This document shows positions 10,185 through 20,482 of a stretch of DNA of 64,000 nucleotides, in pieces. Below the pieces are notes generated by a model, which was given only the letters and a program-made list of their open reading frames with translations, was not told where the DNA came from and did not search any database. The DNA comes from an uncultured Acidobacteriota bacterium (GTDB taxonomy: Bacteria > Acidobacteriota > Vicinamibacteria > Fen-336), in the NCBI GenBank assembly GCA_963720545.1, contig OY970399.1:1248001-1312000 (forward strand), read 5' to 3'. How positions within the stretch are numbered: the stretch's first letter is position 1; each line of letters opens with the position of its first letter. Made by a program: the position numbers and the translations under genes.

Positions 10185-13100
10185 TTAAAAGATGATCTTC
10201 CCGACCAACTGGAAGGCTCTGGCACCGCCCGAAGTGAGCACCGGGTTGAGCTGATCCGAGTCGGGCGTCGAGCTCGTGGTTCCGAAGGCGGCGCTGCGCA
10301 CGTTGGTCGTGAGGAAGCCAAAGTTCGCGCGGTTGAAGAGGTTGAACGCCTCGAGCCGCAGTTGCAGCCTGACGTTCTCGCTCAGTTTCGTCGTCTTCAT
10401 GATGGAGAAGTCCATCTGGCGGAAGTTCGGCCCGCGGATCGAGTTGCGGCCGCAGTTGCCGAGGGTGCCGTCGGGAACGTCCGTGAAGATCTCAGGGTTC
10501 GCGATGAAGTTGTTGGGATCGCCCTGGTTGTACTGGATCTCGCCGGTAGCGCAGTTGGCGCGGACGCGGTCGAAGTCTTGACCCGAGCGGTCGCGGTTGA
10601 CGTGCGCGGTGTACGGACGGCCCGAGGTGGCGACGAACAGCGCAGCCACTTCCCACCCTTGGCCGAACTGGCCGCCGGTGAAGGACGGAATGGAGTAGGT
10701 GCCGCCGAAGTTGAAGTTCACGGGCACGTCCGACTCGCACGGCCCGAGGTTGCCCGCGATGTTGTACGGGTTCTCGAACTGGCCGGCCTGGCCGCCGCCG
10801 CCGCGGTTCACCGAGTTGTAGTCGCGGCAGCGCGACAGCGTCAGGTTGTACTGGCTGTTGAAGCCCTTCCAGTTCTGCTGGCGCAGCGTGAGCTGCAGGC
10901 TGTTGTACCAGGACTTGCCGTCGTTGTTGACCTGGACGATGTGCTTCAGGTCGGGGAACTGCGTGTTGAACGGACGGTTCGCCTGGATGTCGTTGAGCGG
11001 CGTGCCCACCGGCGGCGCGTTCAGGTCGCGGACGCTCAGCAGGTCGCGGCCGCGCTGGCCGACGTAGGACGCGGTCAGGGCGACGGTGCGGCCGAGCAGC
11101 CGCTGGGCCGTGACGTGGAAGATGTGGAAGTACGGCGTCGACAGGTCTTCCTTCACCGCGAAGGCGTTGAACGGCGGCACGCCGCGCGGGCTGTTGCCGA
11201 ACACCGGCACGTTGGGCTGGATGCAGACGTAGTCGCCGATGCCGGTGTTGGGGTCGATGCAGCTCGCGGACGGATCGTCGGGCACCGTGCTGAGCGCGCC
11301 GCTGAGCCCGACGCCGAAGATGCCGAGGTTCGGCTGCGAGAAGGCGCCCGAACGCGCGCCGGCGATGGTGTAGGGCGCGTGGATGGCCGCGAAGGTGGCA
11401 ACGTCGTAGGTGAGCGCGTAGCCGCCGCGCAGCACGGTCTTGCCGTCGCCGTTCACGTCCCACGAGAAGCCGAGGCGCGGGCCGAAGTTGTTCTTGTCGC
11501 CCTTGTAGAGCTTGTCGATGCCCTGGCCAACCTGCACCAGGCCGCGGTCGGGCAGGAAGTTCGACGCCAGGTTGTCGCGCTCGCTGAGCGGCGTGTTGAG
11601 GTCGTAGCGCACGCCGAGGTTGACCGTGAAGCGCGGCGACACGCGCACGTCGTCGCTCGCGTACAGGCTGTACGAGTTCTGGATGAGGTGGCGGGTGGTG
11701 TCGCCGAACGAGCGCGAGGCGAGGTCGGCGCGGCCCAGCAGCATGCCGGTGATGGCATCGACCGGGTCGCCGGTGCCGCCGCTGAACTCGAGCGTGGTGC
11801 GGGCGCGGTTGCGCAGGCTGAAGGTGGTGGCATGCGAGTAGGCGGTGCCGACCTTGATCGTGTGCTTGTCCTTGATCCAGGTCATGCTGGCCGACAGGTC
11901 GGTGCTGGCGTTCGGCGCGGTGGTGATGGGATAGCCGCCGACGCCGCCGATGTAGCCGAAGCTCGAGAAGTAATCGACGTAGGGCGCGCCGAAGTCGATG
12001 GGGTCGAGCGGACCGGTGTCGAGGCCGAGGCTCTTGGGGTCGATCTTGTTGTTGATGTCGATGACCTGCGAAAAGCTGCTGTAGCCGCCCTTCACTTCGA
12101 GGAGCTTGGTGGGGCTCAGGTTCGAGGTCCAGGTGAGGCCGAACAGCTTGACGCGCGGCTCGGTCACCGAATTGAAGATGTCCTCGTCATAAGGAGGAGC
12201 CGCCGGCAGTTCGCCGGTGAAGGCCGGGGCCGACTGGTAGTTCTTGCCGTAGAAAGCGCGCGCCGTGATGTTGTTGGACGCGTTCAGGCGATGGTCGATC
12301 TTCAACTGCATGACGTCGGTGCGGGTGACGCCAGGCGCTGCGACCGCGATCTCTCCGGACGGGTCCGGTGGGATAGAACGCGAGCAGGTTCTCGCCCACC
12401 GGGTTTGTCGAGCAGGCCGGCGGCGGCGATGCGGCCGCGCGCCTCGGTGATCTGGTTCGGCGTCGGCACGAACGCGCGGTACGGGGTGGAAACGGTGAGC
12501 CGCTGCGCCTCGTAGAAGCCGAAGAAGTGGGTCTTGTCCTTGATCAGCGGGCCGCCGAAGGTGGCGCCAAACTGCTTGTTGCTGAGCGGCGACTTGTCGC
12601 CGCCGGCGAGCTTGGTGAAGTAGTTTTTCTCGGCGAACTTGTCCGAGCTGTAGAAGCCCTGCGCGGTGCCGTGGAAGGCGTTGGTGCCGCTCTTCAGGAC
12701 CACGTTGATGGCCGCGCCGCCCTTGACGCCGAACTCGACGCCGGGAGTCTGCTGCACCGTGAACTCGCGCGATCGCGTCCATCGGCACGATGCTCGCGGG
12801 GTTGCCGACGATGCCCGACTCGCCGACCGCGGTGCCGCCGTAGTAGCGGTCGTTGTTCGAGATGCCGTCCACCATGAAGTTGTTCGAGGTGGTGCGCTGC
12901 CCGGAGATGCTGATCGAGAGGAAGCCGCCGCCGGGGGCGCGCTGCACGCCGGGTGCGAGCTGCACCAGCGCGTTGAAGTCGCGGCCGTTGACCGGCAGCG
13001 AGGCGATGCGCGCCTGGTCGACCGAGGTGTTGAGCTTGTCGGAGAACTCGACGAGCGGCGCCGCGCCCTCGACCGTGATCTCCTCTTCCGCGCCGCCGAC

Positions 13101-13448
13101 CTCGAGCTTGAAGTCCGCGCGCGTCATGTTGTTCGCGACCACGGTGACGTCGCGGGCGGTGACGCGGAAGCCCGAGAGCGTGGCCGTGACCTTGTAGACG
13201 CAGATCTGCATCTCGGCAAGCCGGAAGGCTCCTGAAGCGCTCGAGACGGTGCTGCGCGTCGCGCCGGTCTCCGGACAGGTGGCGTTCACGGTGGCGCCGG
13301 GAACGACGGCTCCGCCTGCGTCAGTGACCGTGCCGGTGATGTCACCGGTGATCTTCTGCGCGAACGCGAAAGGGCTGGCGACGAGCGAAAGGCTCGCCAC
13401 GGCTGCGGCAACGGCAAGAGTGCGAAGAGTGACCGGGCGCATGAACAT
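10185..13448 (-). CDS. Oar-type TonB-dependent receptor with carboxypeptidase-regulatory-like N-domain (compensating frameshifts near 12770 and 12390)
   Basis: ITGTVTDAGGAVVPGATV, LPVNGRDF, KSGTNAFHG (in ORF 12302-12757), NLGVRYD, DKNNFGPRLGFSWD, C-terminal QLVGKIIF; GGAGG RBS. Confidence 0.9.
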   Translation of the reverse strand: MFMRPVTLRTLAVAAAVASLSLVASPFAFAQKITGDITGTVTDAGGAVVPGATVNATCPETGATRSTVSSASGAFRLAEMQICVYKVTATLSGFRVTARDVTVVANNMTRADFKLEVGGAEEEITVEGAAPLVEFSDKLNTSVDQARIASLPVNGRDFNALVQLAPGVQRAPGGGFLSISISGQRTTSNNFMVDGISNNDRYYGGTAVGESGIVGNPASIVPMDAIARVHGAADSRRRVRRQGRRGHQRGPEERHQRLPRHRAGLLQLGQVRREKLLHQARRRRQVAAQQQAVWRHLRRPADQGQDPLLRLLRGAAAHRFHPVPRVRADAEPDHRGARPHRRRRPARQTRWARTCSRSIPPDPSGEIAVAAPGVTRTDVMQLKIDHRLNASNNITARAFYGKNYQSAPAFTGELPAAPPYDEDIFNSVTEPRVKLFGLTWTSNLSPTKLLEVKGGYSSFSQVIDINNKIDPKSLGLDTGPLDPIDFGAPYVDYFSSFGYIGGVGGYPITTAPNASTDLSASMTWIKDKHTIKVGTAYSHATTFSLRNRARTTLEFSGGTGDPVDAITGMLLGRADLASRSFGDTTRHLIQNSYSLYASDDVRVSPRFTVNLGVRYDLNTPLSERDNLASNFLPDRGLVQVGQGIDKLYKGDKNNFGPRLGFSWDVNGDGKTVLRGGYALTYDVATFAAIHAPYTIAGARSGAFSQPNLGIFGVGLSGALSTVPDDPSASCIDPNTGIGDYVCIQPNVPVFGNSPRGVPPFNAFAVKEDLSTPYFHIFHVTAQRLLGRTVALTASYVGQRGRDLLSVRDLNAPPVGTPLNDIQANRPFNTQFPDLKHIVQVNNDGKSWYNSLQLTLRQQNWKGFNSQYNLTLSRCRDYNSVNRGGGGQAGQFENPYNIAGNLGPCESDVPVNFNFGGTYSIPSFTGGQFGQGWEVAALFVATSGRPYTAHVNRDRSGQDFDRVRANCATGEIQYNQGDPNNFIANPEIFTDVPDGTLGNCGRNSIRGPNFRQMDFSIMKTTKLSENVRLQLRLEAFNLFNRANFGFLTTNVRSAAFGTTSSTPDSDQLNPVLTSGGARAFQLVGKIIF

Positions 13449-13777
13449 CAAGAAACCTCCGGAAGACGGGGCGCAAACATCTGCTTGGATGGACTGGTTA
13501 CCGGAAGCAGGGCCAATTGTCAATATTCATTGAGGCAAGGGGCTCGCGCTCAGCATGTGTTGCACCCAAGCTCCTGCACTTCAATGGTTTGACTCGAGGT
13601 TGCTGGAGCGTCAACAGTGTCAAGAATCGCCAACTTTGGAGGCGTGCGCCGCGCCGTGGAGCCGGCGGCGCCGCAATTGGCACAACGGAATGACACGTTC
13701 GGCCGCGTTTGCATTGGGCCGCAATTTCTCCTGAATTCACATGCAACGGCGACCCTGCGGCCTAGTTTCAACGGATC

Positions 13778-14197
13778 ATGAAAAACACCTTCCGCATTGC
13801 ATCAGCACTTCTCGCGGCGGCGACGCTGTCCGCATGTTCCGACGACACGAAGCCTTCCGACATCCAGGGCGTGCAGTGGAGTCTCACGTCCCTGCAACCA
13901 GCCGGCGCCGCGTCGATAACCATCGAGGACCCGACGAAATACACCGTGCGTTTCGAAACGGACGGCAAGCTCAACGTGATCGCCGACTGCAACAGCTGCT
14001 CGGGCACGTATGCGCTCAGCGACAGCACGCTGTCGATCACCGGCAGCCTGACATGCACGGAGATCGCGTGCCCCGCGGGCAGCCAGAGCGCTCCGTTCCT
14101 GGCCATCGTCGGGGCGCAGTCGTCGACCCTCGACCGCAATGACGAGAACCTGGAGCTGACGTCGGCGGCGGGCTCGCTCAATTTCGCGATGCGCTAA
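13778..14197 (+). CDS. META-domain (HslJ-like) lipoprotein
   Basis: Lipobox LSAC; W-x-L-x-S, ADCNSCSGTY, TCTEIAC. Confidence 0.8.
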   Translation: MKNTFRIASALLAAATLSACSDDTKPSDIQGVQWSLTSLQPAGAASITIEDPTKYTVRFETDGKLNVIADCNSCSGTYALSDSTLSITGSLTCTEIACPAGSQSAPFLAIVGAQSSTLDRNDENLELTSAAGSLNFAMR

Positions 14198-14288
14198 TCA
14201 ACAGCGCGCTCCGCGCGTCAGCGCGAGTGCAACGCCAGGCGCAGTCCTGGAGCGCCGGGCGCAACCAAAAAGGCGGCGCGGGCTTCTG

Positions 14289-15191
14289 CTAGCCGGCGGT
14301 TTCGGCGGTGGCTCGCGCCGCCGCGTCGTCCTTGTCGTTGCGCAGCGCGCTGCGCAGCATGGTGAGCGCCGTGTAGACGACCACCACGATGACCAGCCAA
14401 CGCACCGTGGAGATGTCGAGCTTCTTCACGATGAAAGCGGCGACCAGCACCGCCGGGATGCCACCGAGCGCGAGGCCAATGGCGGCGCGCGGCGCGTAGC
14501 GGCCGTTGCGAATGAAGCGCATGCTCGCGACCGGCATGAGGAATGCGCACGAGCCCATCATGATCGGGAACGCGGTGGTCGGCAGCATGCCGAGCAGGCT
14601 GATGAGGATCAGGCACGGCCCGTAGAGGCCGATGCCGAGCGTCATCAGCGCGCCGAGCACGAAGTTGCCGGCGAAGCCGAGTGCCAGTTTCGCGCCGCTC
14701 AGGCCGAGGGCCGTGCCGCCGGCGGCGGCCCAGTTCATCTGCGCCGCGAACATCAGGCCGGCCGCGCCCAGCAGGCACACGCCCATGCCGATCTGGATGT
14801 TGCGCTTCGGCCAGCCGCAGACGACGCCGGCGCCGAGCCACGCGCCGAGCACCGAGGCCGCGATCATGGCGACGAGTGTCGTGACGTCCACCTGAACGAT
14901 CGTTATATAGATGAAGGCCTGGACGATGGTGGGCAGGGTGTGGCCGACGTTGAGGGTGCCGGGGATGAGGTCGTCGGGCACGAGAGAGCGGACCTTGAAC
15001 ATCGAGGTGGTGGTGGCGAACGAGCCGATGCCGAGCGTGTCGAAGAAGTTGCTGACGGCGCCGATCCCGGTCTCGACCGCGCCCACGCCGCCCATGCCGT
15101 TGCGGCGCGCGATGGCGAGGTGCCGCAGCCAGAACACGACGTAGGAAATCGCGACTATGGCCAGCGTGAACAGCAGGGCTCGGGTCACCAT
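14289..15191 (-). CDS. TauE/SafE (sulfite exporter) family membrane protein
   Basis: Multi-TM; NFFDTLGIGSFATTT, IPGTLNVGH, GIGLYGP, AFPIMMGSCAFL. Confidence 0.75.
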   Translation of the reverse strand: MVTRALLFTLAIVAISYVVFWLRHLAIARRNGMGGVGAVETGIGAVSNFFDTLGIGSFATTTSMFKVRSLVPDDLIPGTLNVGHTLPTIVQAFIYITIVQVDVTTLVAMIAASVLGAWLGAGVVCGWPKRNIQIGMGVCLLGAAGLMFAAQMNWAAAGGTALGLSGAKLALGFAGNFVLGALMTLGIGLYGPCLILISLLGMLPTTAFPIMMGSCAFLMPVASMRFIRNGRYAPRAAIGLALGGIPAVLVAAFIVKKLDISTVRWLVIVVVVYTALTMLRSALRNDKDDAAARATAETAG

Positions 15192-15221
15192 GGGCGGTCT
15201 CTCACCTCGGCGGAACCATAG

Positions 15222-16280
15222 CTACTGCCAGCGGAAAAGTCGAAGCGCCAGGCCGAAGCACACGACGAGCCACACAAGCAGGACCAGAACGGGCAGGCCC
15301 AGGGCGGCGAGCGAGAGGCCCTGGAGCATGTTGGCGCGCAGCGCGTCGTTGACCGCTGTGAGGGGCAGCCACTTGATGAACGGCTGCATCGCCGCCGGGA
15401 AGTTGGCCGACGAGAAGAACACCCCGGAGAGGATCCACATCGGCAGCATCACCAGGTTCATGAGGCCCGATGCGCCCTCCATGGTGCGCACGCGCGAGGC
15501 CACGAGCAGGCCCAGCCCGCCGAAGCTGAGCGAGCCCAGCAGGCAGATGGCGGTGAGCTGCAGCAGCGAGCCGCGCAGGGGCACGCCGAACACCCAGTGG
15601 CCGAAGCCCACGATGGTGATGACTTCGACGGTCAGCAGCAGCAGGCGGTGGATGAGGAACGAAGCCAGGTAGTGGGCCTTCGACATGGGCGTTGCGATCA
15701 GCCGCTTCAACAGCTTGCGCTTGCGTGCGTCGACGATGCCGAAGCCGACGCCCCAGATCCCGCTGCCCATCAGGTTCATCCCGAGCAGTCCCGGGATGAC
15801 GAAGTCGATGTAGCGCGAGCCCTTGTCGCGCACCACCACGTCTTTCACCTGCAGCGGGTCCTTGCGGCCGGAAGTCCGCTGCAATGCGTCGAGCGCCAGG
15901 CCGCGGGCGGTGCGCGCGTCCGGCCGGGTGTCGTCATAGCGGATCTCGAGCGACCACGGATTGGGGGCGAGCACCAGCACCGCGATGTCCCCATTGCGCA
16001 GCGCCGCCATGCCGGCGGCCTCTTCGAGCGGGTCGACGATGAGCGCCGGCTCTTCCTTGAGCGCCGCCGCGATGCCGAGCCGGTCGGCGTCGGTGGCTGC
16101 GCCGATGCGCAGCGTCTGCTGCGGCGTGCTGCGAAAGGCGAGGCCGAGCCCGCCGGCCAGCAGGATCGGGAACAGGAAGATCCAGAAGACCGCCTCGGGC
16201 TCGCGGATGAACTCGCGGAAGCGCACCAGCGTCAGCTGCACGAGAGGATGCGCGAAGAAGCCGGTGCGGCTATTGCTCAC
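15222..16280 (-). CDS. ABC-2 type transporter permease
   Basis: REPEAVFW, YIDFVIPGLLGM, LKRLIATPM, SGVFFS, WLPLT. Confidence 0.9.
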   Translation of the reverse strand: MSNSRTGFFAHPLVQLTLVRFREFIREPEAVFWIFLFPILLAGGLGLAFRSTPQQTLRIGAATDADRLGIAAALKEEPALIVDPLEEAAGMAALRNGDIAVLVLAPNPWSLEIRYDDTRPDARTARGLALDALQRTSGRKDPLQVKDVVVRDKGSRYIDFVIPGLLGMNLMGSGIWGVGFGIVDARKRKLLKRLIATPMSKAHYLASFLIHRLLLLTVEVITIVGFGHWVFGVPLRGSLLQLTAICLLGSLSFGGLGLLVASRVRTMEGASGLMNLVMLPMWILSGVFFSSANFPAAMQPFIKWLPLTAVNDALRANMLQGLSLAALGLPVLVLLVWLVVCFGLALRLFRWQ

Positions 16281-17247
16281 GCAGGTGCCTCCCGGTGAGC
16301 GTGACGAACACGTCCTCGAGAGTTGCCGAGTGCGTGCTGAGCTCGGTGAGCGCGCGGCCGCGGCTCGCCACCGCCGCCATCACCGCGGGAATGGCGGCGT
16401 GCGGCTCCTTCACCTGCAACGACCAGGTGCCGTTCTCGATGCGGCTCGCGGTCACGCCCGGCACCTCGTCGAAGAGTGCCTGGTCGAGCGTTGCCGGATC
16501 GCCGTCGATCGAGAACGCCACCACGTGCAGCGCGCCGAGCGAGGCGATCAGCTCGCGCGGCGTGCCAAGGGCGATGACCTTGCCGTGGTCCACCACCGCG
16601 ACGCGGTCGCACAGCCGCTCGGCTTCGTCCATGTAGTGGGTGGTGAGCAGGATGGTGCGGCCGGTGCGGCGAAACTGCTCGATGAGGTCCCATAGCTGGC
16701 GGCGCGCCTGCGGATCGAGGCCGGTCGTAGGTTCGTCGAGCACCAGCAGCTCGGGGTCGCCAGCGAGCGCACAGGCGACGGCGAGCCGCTGCTTCTGCCC
16801 GCCCGAGAGCTGCCCGACGCGCGCGGCTTGCTTCTCGCCGAGGTCGACGAGGCCGATGACCTCGTCGATGGCCCGCGGGCTGCGATAGAAGCTCGCGAAC
16901 AACTCCATCGTCTCGCGGACCGTCAGCTTTTCGGCGAGAAGGGTTTCCTGCAGCTGCAGGCCGATGCGCTGGCGCAGCTCGCGCTCGTCGGCGCGGCGGT
17001 CCCAGCGCCGGCCGAGCACGGCGATCTCGCCGGCGTCGGCGCGGTTGAGGCCCACCGCGATCTCGATGGTCGTGGTCTTGCCGGCACCGTTGGGACCCAG
17101 CAGGCCGAAGCACTCGCCGCGGCGCACCTCGAGGTCGAGCCCGTCCACCGCCACCACGTCGCCGTAGGCCTTGCGCAGGCCGGAGACGAGCAGCGCCGGA
17201 GTGTGGTCCGGAGCCTTCTCCGGAGCGTGGTCCGCCGCGCCGTTCAC
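16270..17247 (-). CDS. ABC transporter ATP-binding protein
   Basis: Walker A GPNGAGKTT, LSGGQ, LDEPT, TTHYM, TLEDVF. Confidence 0.95.
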   Translation of the reverse strand: MNGAADHAPEKAPDHTPALLVSGLRKAYGDVVAVDGLDLEVRRGECFGLLGPNGAGKTTTIEIAVGLNRADAGEIAVLGRRWDRRADERELRQRIGLQLQETLLAEKLTVRETMELFASFYRSPRAIDEVIGLVDLGEKQAARVGQLSGGQKQRLAVACALAGDPELLVLDEPTTGLDPQARRQLWDLIEQFRRTGRTILLTTHYMDEAERLCDRVAVVDHGKVIALGTPRELIASLGALHVVAFSIDGDPATLDQALFDEVPGVTASRIENGTWSLQVKEPHAAIPAVMAAVASRGRALTELSTHSATLEDVFVTLTGRHLREQ

Positions 17248-17603
17248 GCCGGGCGCTTGGCCAGGAGGTCGCGGATCTCGCGCAGCAATACCTCGCTCGG
17301 CGGTGGCGGTGTCGCTGCGGCCAGCCGGGCGGCAAACTTCCCGAATGGAAGCACGACGAGGAAGTAGACGGCTCCCGCCTTGATGAGGAAGTTTATGACG
17401 GCGTTCATGAAGTTGCCGATGCCGAGGGGTCCGAGTTTCAGCGTCGAGAAATCGGGCTGGCCGCCGAGCGACGCGATCACCGGCGAGATGATGTCTTTCG
17501 ACAACGAATCGACGATGCCGCCGAAGGCAACGCCGATGATGACCGCGACGGCCAGCTCGACCACGTTGCCACGCATGAGGAAGTCACGAAAACCCTTGAC
17601 CAT
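17244..17603 (-). CDS. mscL: Large-conductance mechanosensitive channel
   Basis: FRDFLMRGNVVELAVAVIIG...LLREIRDLL. Confidence 0.95.
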   Translation of the reverse strand: MVKGFRDFLMRGNVVELAVAVIIGVAFGGIVDSLSKDIISPVIASLGGQPDFSTLKLGPLGIGNFMNAVINFLIKAGAVYFLVVLPFGKFAARLAAATPPPPSEVLLREIRDLLAKRPA

Positions 17604-17714
17604 TTGCCGCCTCCCTGTGTTTCGAGCTTAACCGCCCGCGAGCCGGTCGTATCCGCCTGTCCCGCGGCGCCGGACTGCGCGCCCGACCGACCCGCCTGCT
17701 TCGCGCCCTACCTT

Positions 17715-17805
17715 GTCGCTGCCGCCCTCAGGGCTTGGCGGCGCGGCACGGAGCGCCGTGTCCCGACGCCCGCGTCGCTGCAGCCCGTCAGGGTTTGGCG
17801 GCGCG
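17715..17805. repeat. About 31-bp imperfect direct repeat (2 copies) flanking a small hairpin
   Basis: GTCGCTGCCGCCC-TCAGGGCTTGGCGGCGCG (17715-17745) vs GTCGCTGCAGCCCGTCAGGGTTTGGCGGCGCG (17774-17805). Confidence 0.6.
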
Positions 17806-19714
17806 TTCGGTCTTCTGTTTCTCCACCATCGCGGCGACATCGGCCAGCAGCTGCTTCGCGTCGTAGACGATGCCGTCCTTGATGGTGTACTTGATGCCGC
17901 CGACGCGCTCGGGCTTGCCGCGTCTGGTCGTTCAGCCGCACGCGCGCCGTTGCCGTAGAGCACCTTGAAGTTCTGCAGCGGGTTCTGATCGACGATCACC
18001 ATGTCGGCCAGCATGCCCGGCGCGGACGACGCCGAACTCGATCGGCTTGCCCTTCGGCTCGGACAGCGTCATCGCGCCGTTCATCGTCGCCGCCTGGATG
18101 ACCTCGAGCGGATGGAAGCCCGCTTCCTGCAGCATCTCGAGCTCGTTGATGTAGCCGAAGCCGTAGGTCTGGTAGATGAAGCCCGAGTCCGAGCCGGTCG
18201 TGACGCGGCCGCCCATCTTCTTGTAGTCGTTCATGAGCTTGAACCACACCTGGTAGAAGTTGCGCCACGCGACCTCGTCTTCGGTGGTCCAGTCGTACCA
18301 GTAGGCGCCGTGGTTGGTGCGGCTCGGCGTGTAGAAGTCGCATCAGCGACGGCAGCGTGTACTTGTCGTGCCAGTCGGCGTCGCGGAAGCGCATGACGTC
18401 GCGACCGGCGGAGTAGATGGTGAGCGTCGGATCGAAGGTGGTGCCGAGCTTGCAGGTGCTCTTCGAGGTACGCCTTCCACTCCGGGCTGCCGGGCTCGTG
18501 GATCTTGTCCCAGAGCCGCGCCACCTGGCCGAAGCGATGCTGCTCGTCGTTGAGGTTCGTGTCGACCGGCCAGGGCTGGACCACGTAGTCCTTCAGCAGC
18601 GACTCGAAGTGGCCGTAGAAGTGCGTGACGGTGCCGAGGCCGAGGCGCGCGGCCTTGATGGCGTTCATCTGCGCGACGCCGCCCTGGCTGAGGTGCGCGG
18701 TCGAGCCGAGGTTGTGCTTCTTCGCTTCGTCGAGCAGCGCCGCCATGATCTCGGGACGGTCGGCGCCGAGCTTCAGGCCGTCGACGCCGTTCTGCGCGGC
18801 CCAGTGCACCCACTCGCGCGCCTGCTTCGGGCGTGTCGACCGACCCCTGACTCCAGCCGGTGCCGGGCCGCTGGTAGTTGAAGATGCGCGGCGCGACGAT
18901 CTCGTTCGTGCCGCTGCGCGCCTTTTCGCTGACGGTGAACGCGTTGCTCGCCGAGCGGCACGCCGCGCACCGTGGTGACGCCGTGCGCCAGCCACAGCTT
19001 GTAGGCGTATTCGGCGTCGGCGTTCTTCGGCGCGCCGCCGGCGTGCACGTGCAGGTCGACGAAGCCCGGCATCACGTACATGCCGGTGGCGTCGATCTCA
19101 TGCTCGGCGTTCTTCGGCTCGCGGTCGGCCTTCATCGGGATGCCGGGCGTGCCCGCCGACTTGATCTCCGTGATGCGGTCGTTCTCGACGACGATGTCGA
19201 CCGGGCCGCCCGGAGGCGCGCCGGTGCCGTCGATGAGCATTGCGCCGCGGATGACGAGGGTCTTGTAGGGACCGAGGCCTTCGCCCGCCTTGCGCGGCGG
19301 CGCGGGCGTGGGGTCGGGATCCTCTTCGCTCGCAGCCGGGCTCGCGGCCGGCGAGGGCGTGGCGCCGGGCTTCGCCTTCGCGCCGGCCTTCGACTGCGCC
19401 TTCGCGTCGGCCTTGGATTTGGGCTCGGCGTCGGCCTTGGCCTTGGCTTCATCAAGCTTCGCCTTGGCTTCATCAGCCTTCGCTTTGGCGGCTTCAGCCT
19501 TCGCCTTGGCTTCATCAGCCTTCTCCTTGGCGGCTTCAGCCTTCGCCTTGGCTGCTTCAGCCTTCGCTTTGGCATCGGCACTCGCAGAGGGATTGGCTTG
19601 TGCCGTAAGCGGTGCGGCCGCCCGAGCCACCGTCGATGCGGTTTGTGCCGCAATCACCGGCCCGATCGCCAGTGCGCAAAGGCCCGCAACGCCGGCGCGA
19701 AGAAGGTGCTTCAT
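17788..19714 (-). CDS. Secreted amidohydrolase family protein with Ala/Lys-rich N-terminal extension, multiply frameshifted
   Basis: Signal peptide, LIDGTG, MPGFVDLHVH, GVTTVR, TGSDSG, ATMNGA, ADMVIVDQNPL, IKDG; pieces in ORFs 18773-19714, 18231-18995, 17932-18249 and 17628-18014. Confidence 0.75.
19432..19575 (-). repeat. 21-bp tandem repeat encoding heptad AKAKA(E/D)(A/E) helix
   Basis: Protein AKAKAEAAKAKAEAAKEKADEAKAKAEAAKAKADEAKAKLDEAKAKAD; DNA unit about TTCAGCCTTCGCCTTGGCGGC on the plus strand. Confidence 0.85.
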
Positions 19715-19787
19715 TCCAGGTCCCCCAAGGAAAAATGCCTAAGTCAGTTGCGCATGCGGATTCTAAAGCGTGTTAGCGTCCAAACCG

Positions 19788-20351
19788 ATGGACGCACTCG
19801 AAGTTCCTTTCGTCCTCGTCGCGTCGCCCGTAATGAACGACCCGAACTTCGCCCGCACCGTCGTGCTCGTCGGCCACTTCGACAGCGACGGCGCGCTGGG
19901 CTGGATCGTCAATCGCGTCCTCGATGTGCGCCCCGCCGACATCCTGCCGGTGCACCTCGCCGAAGCCGTCGACTCGAACACCCCGATTCGTTTCGGCGGC
20001 CCCGTAGAAACCTCGTCGCTGACGGTGCTGGTGCGCGTCGACGCTCCTGACGATCTCTCGACTCGCGTCGCCCCTGGCTTACGCAGTTCCCTCGACCCGA
20101 CCGTGCTCAAGCAATGTTTCTCCGCCTCCTCGCCCACAGACGGCCCATCGAAGGGCCTGATGGTCGTCGGCTACTCAGGCTGGAGCGCCGGCCAGCTCGA
20201 CTTCGAACTGACCGAGGGCTTCTGGTTCCTGCTGCCCTTCAGCCACGACCTGGCGTTCCCGTCCGATCCCGAAACAGTCTGGCAGCGCGCCATCAGCGCT
20301 GTCGGCGTCCGCCCCGACAGCGCCGTCATGCGCTCTGGCGGGGTGCATTAA
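19788..20351 (+). CDS. YqgE/AlgH (DUF179) family protein
   Basis: LVASPVMNDPNFARTVVL, GALGWIVNR, FGGPV, GYSGWSAGQL. Confidence 0.9.
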   Translation: MDALEVPFVLVASPVMNDPNFARTVVLVGHFDSDGALGWIVNRVLDVRPADILPVHLAEAVDSNTPIRFGGPVETSSLTVLVRVDAPDDLSTRVAPGLRSSLDPTVLKQCFSASSPTDGPSKGLMVVGYSGWSAGQLDFELTEGFWFLLPFSHDLAFPSDPETVWQRAISAVGVRPDSAVMRSGGVH

Positions 20352-20390
20352 ACCTCGAAGCGTCCACTCCGTCCCTACCGCTTCGAGGTT
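20351..20390. terminator. 12-bp perfect inverted repeat between convergent genes (probable terminator)
   Basis: AACCTCGAAGCG (20351-20362) and CGCTTCGAGGTT (20379-20390). Confidence 0.6.
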
Positions 20391-20482
20391 GATCCGTTCC
20401 TTCGTCCGTTCCGTTTGTCCGTTCTCCAGGCTGCGATCCGTTCCGATCTCCTGTGTCCGTCCCCAGGCGGCTTCCGTTCCGT
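20368..20482. repeat. TCCGT/ACGGA-rich intergenic element
   Basis: Nine TCCGT copies starting at 20368, 20393, 20405, 20410, 20418, 20437, 20456, 20473 and 20478. Confidence 0.75.

Noticed and set aside
13449..13777. Possible riboswitch or ncRNA in the 330-bp divergent intergenic region
   Set aside because: Contains TTGACA/TTGACG hexamers and AT-rich patches, but I could not match a known RNA motif or a well-spaced promoter.
1184..19714. Calling the frameshifted genes pseudogenes or programmed frameshifts
   Set aside because: Catalytic motifs are intact, the indels are regionally clustered and I saw no slippery-site pattern; consensus error is more parsimonious.
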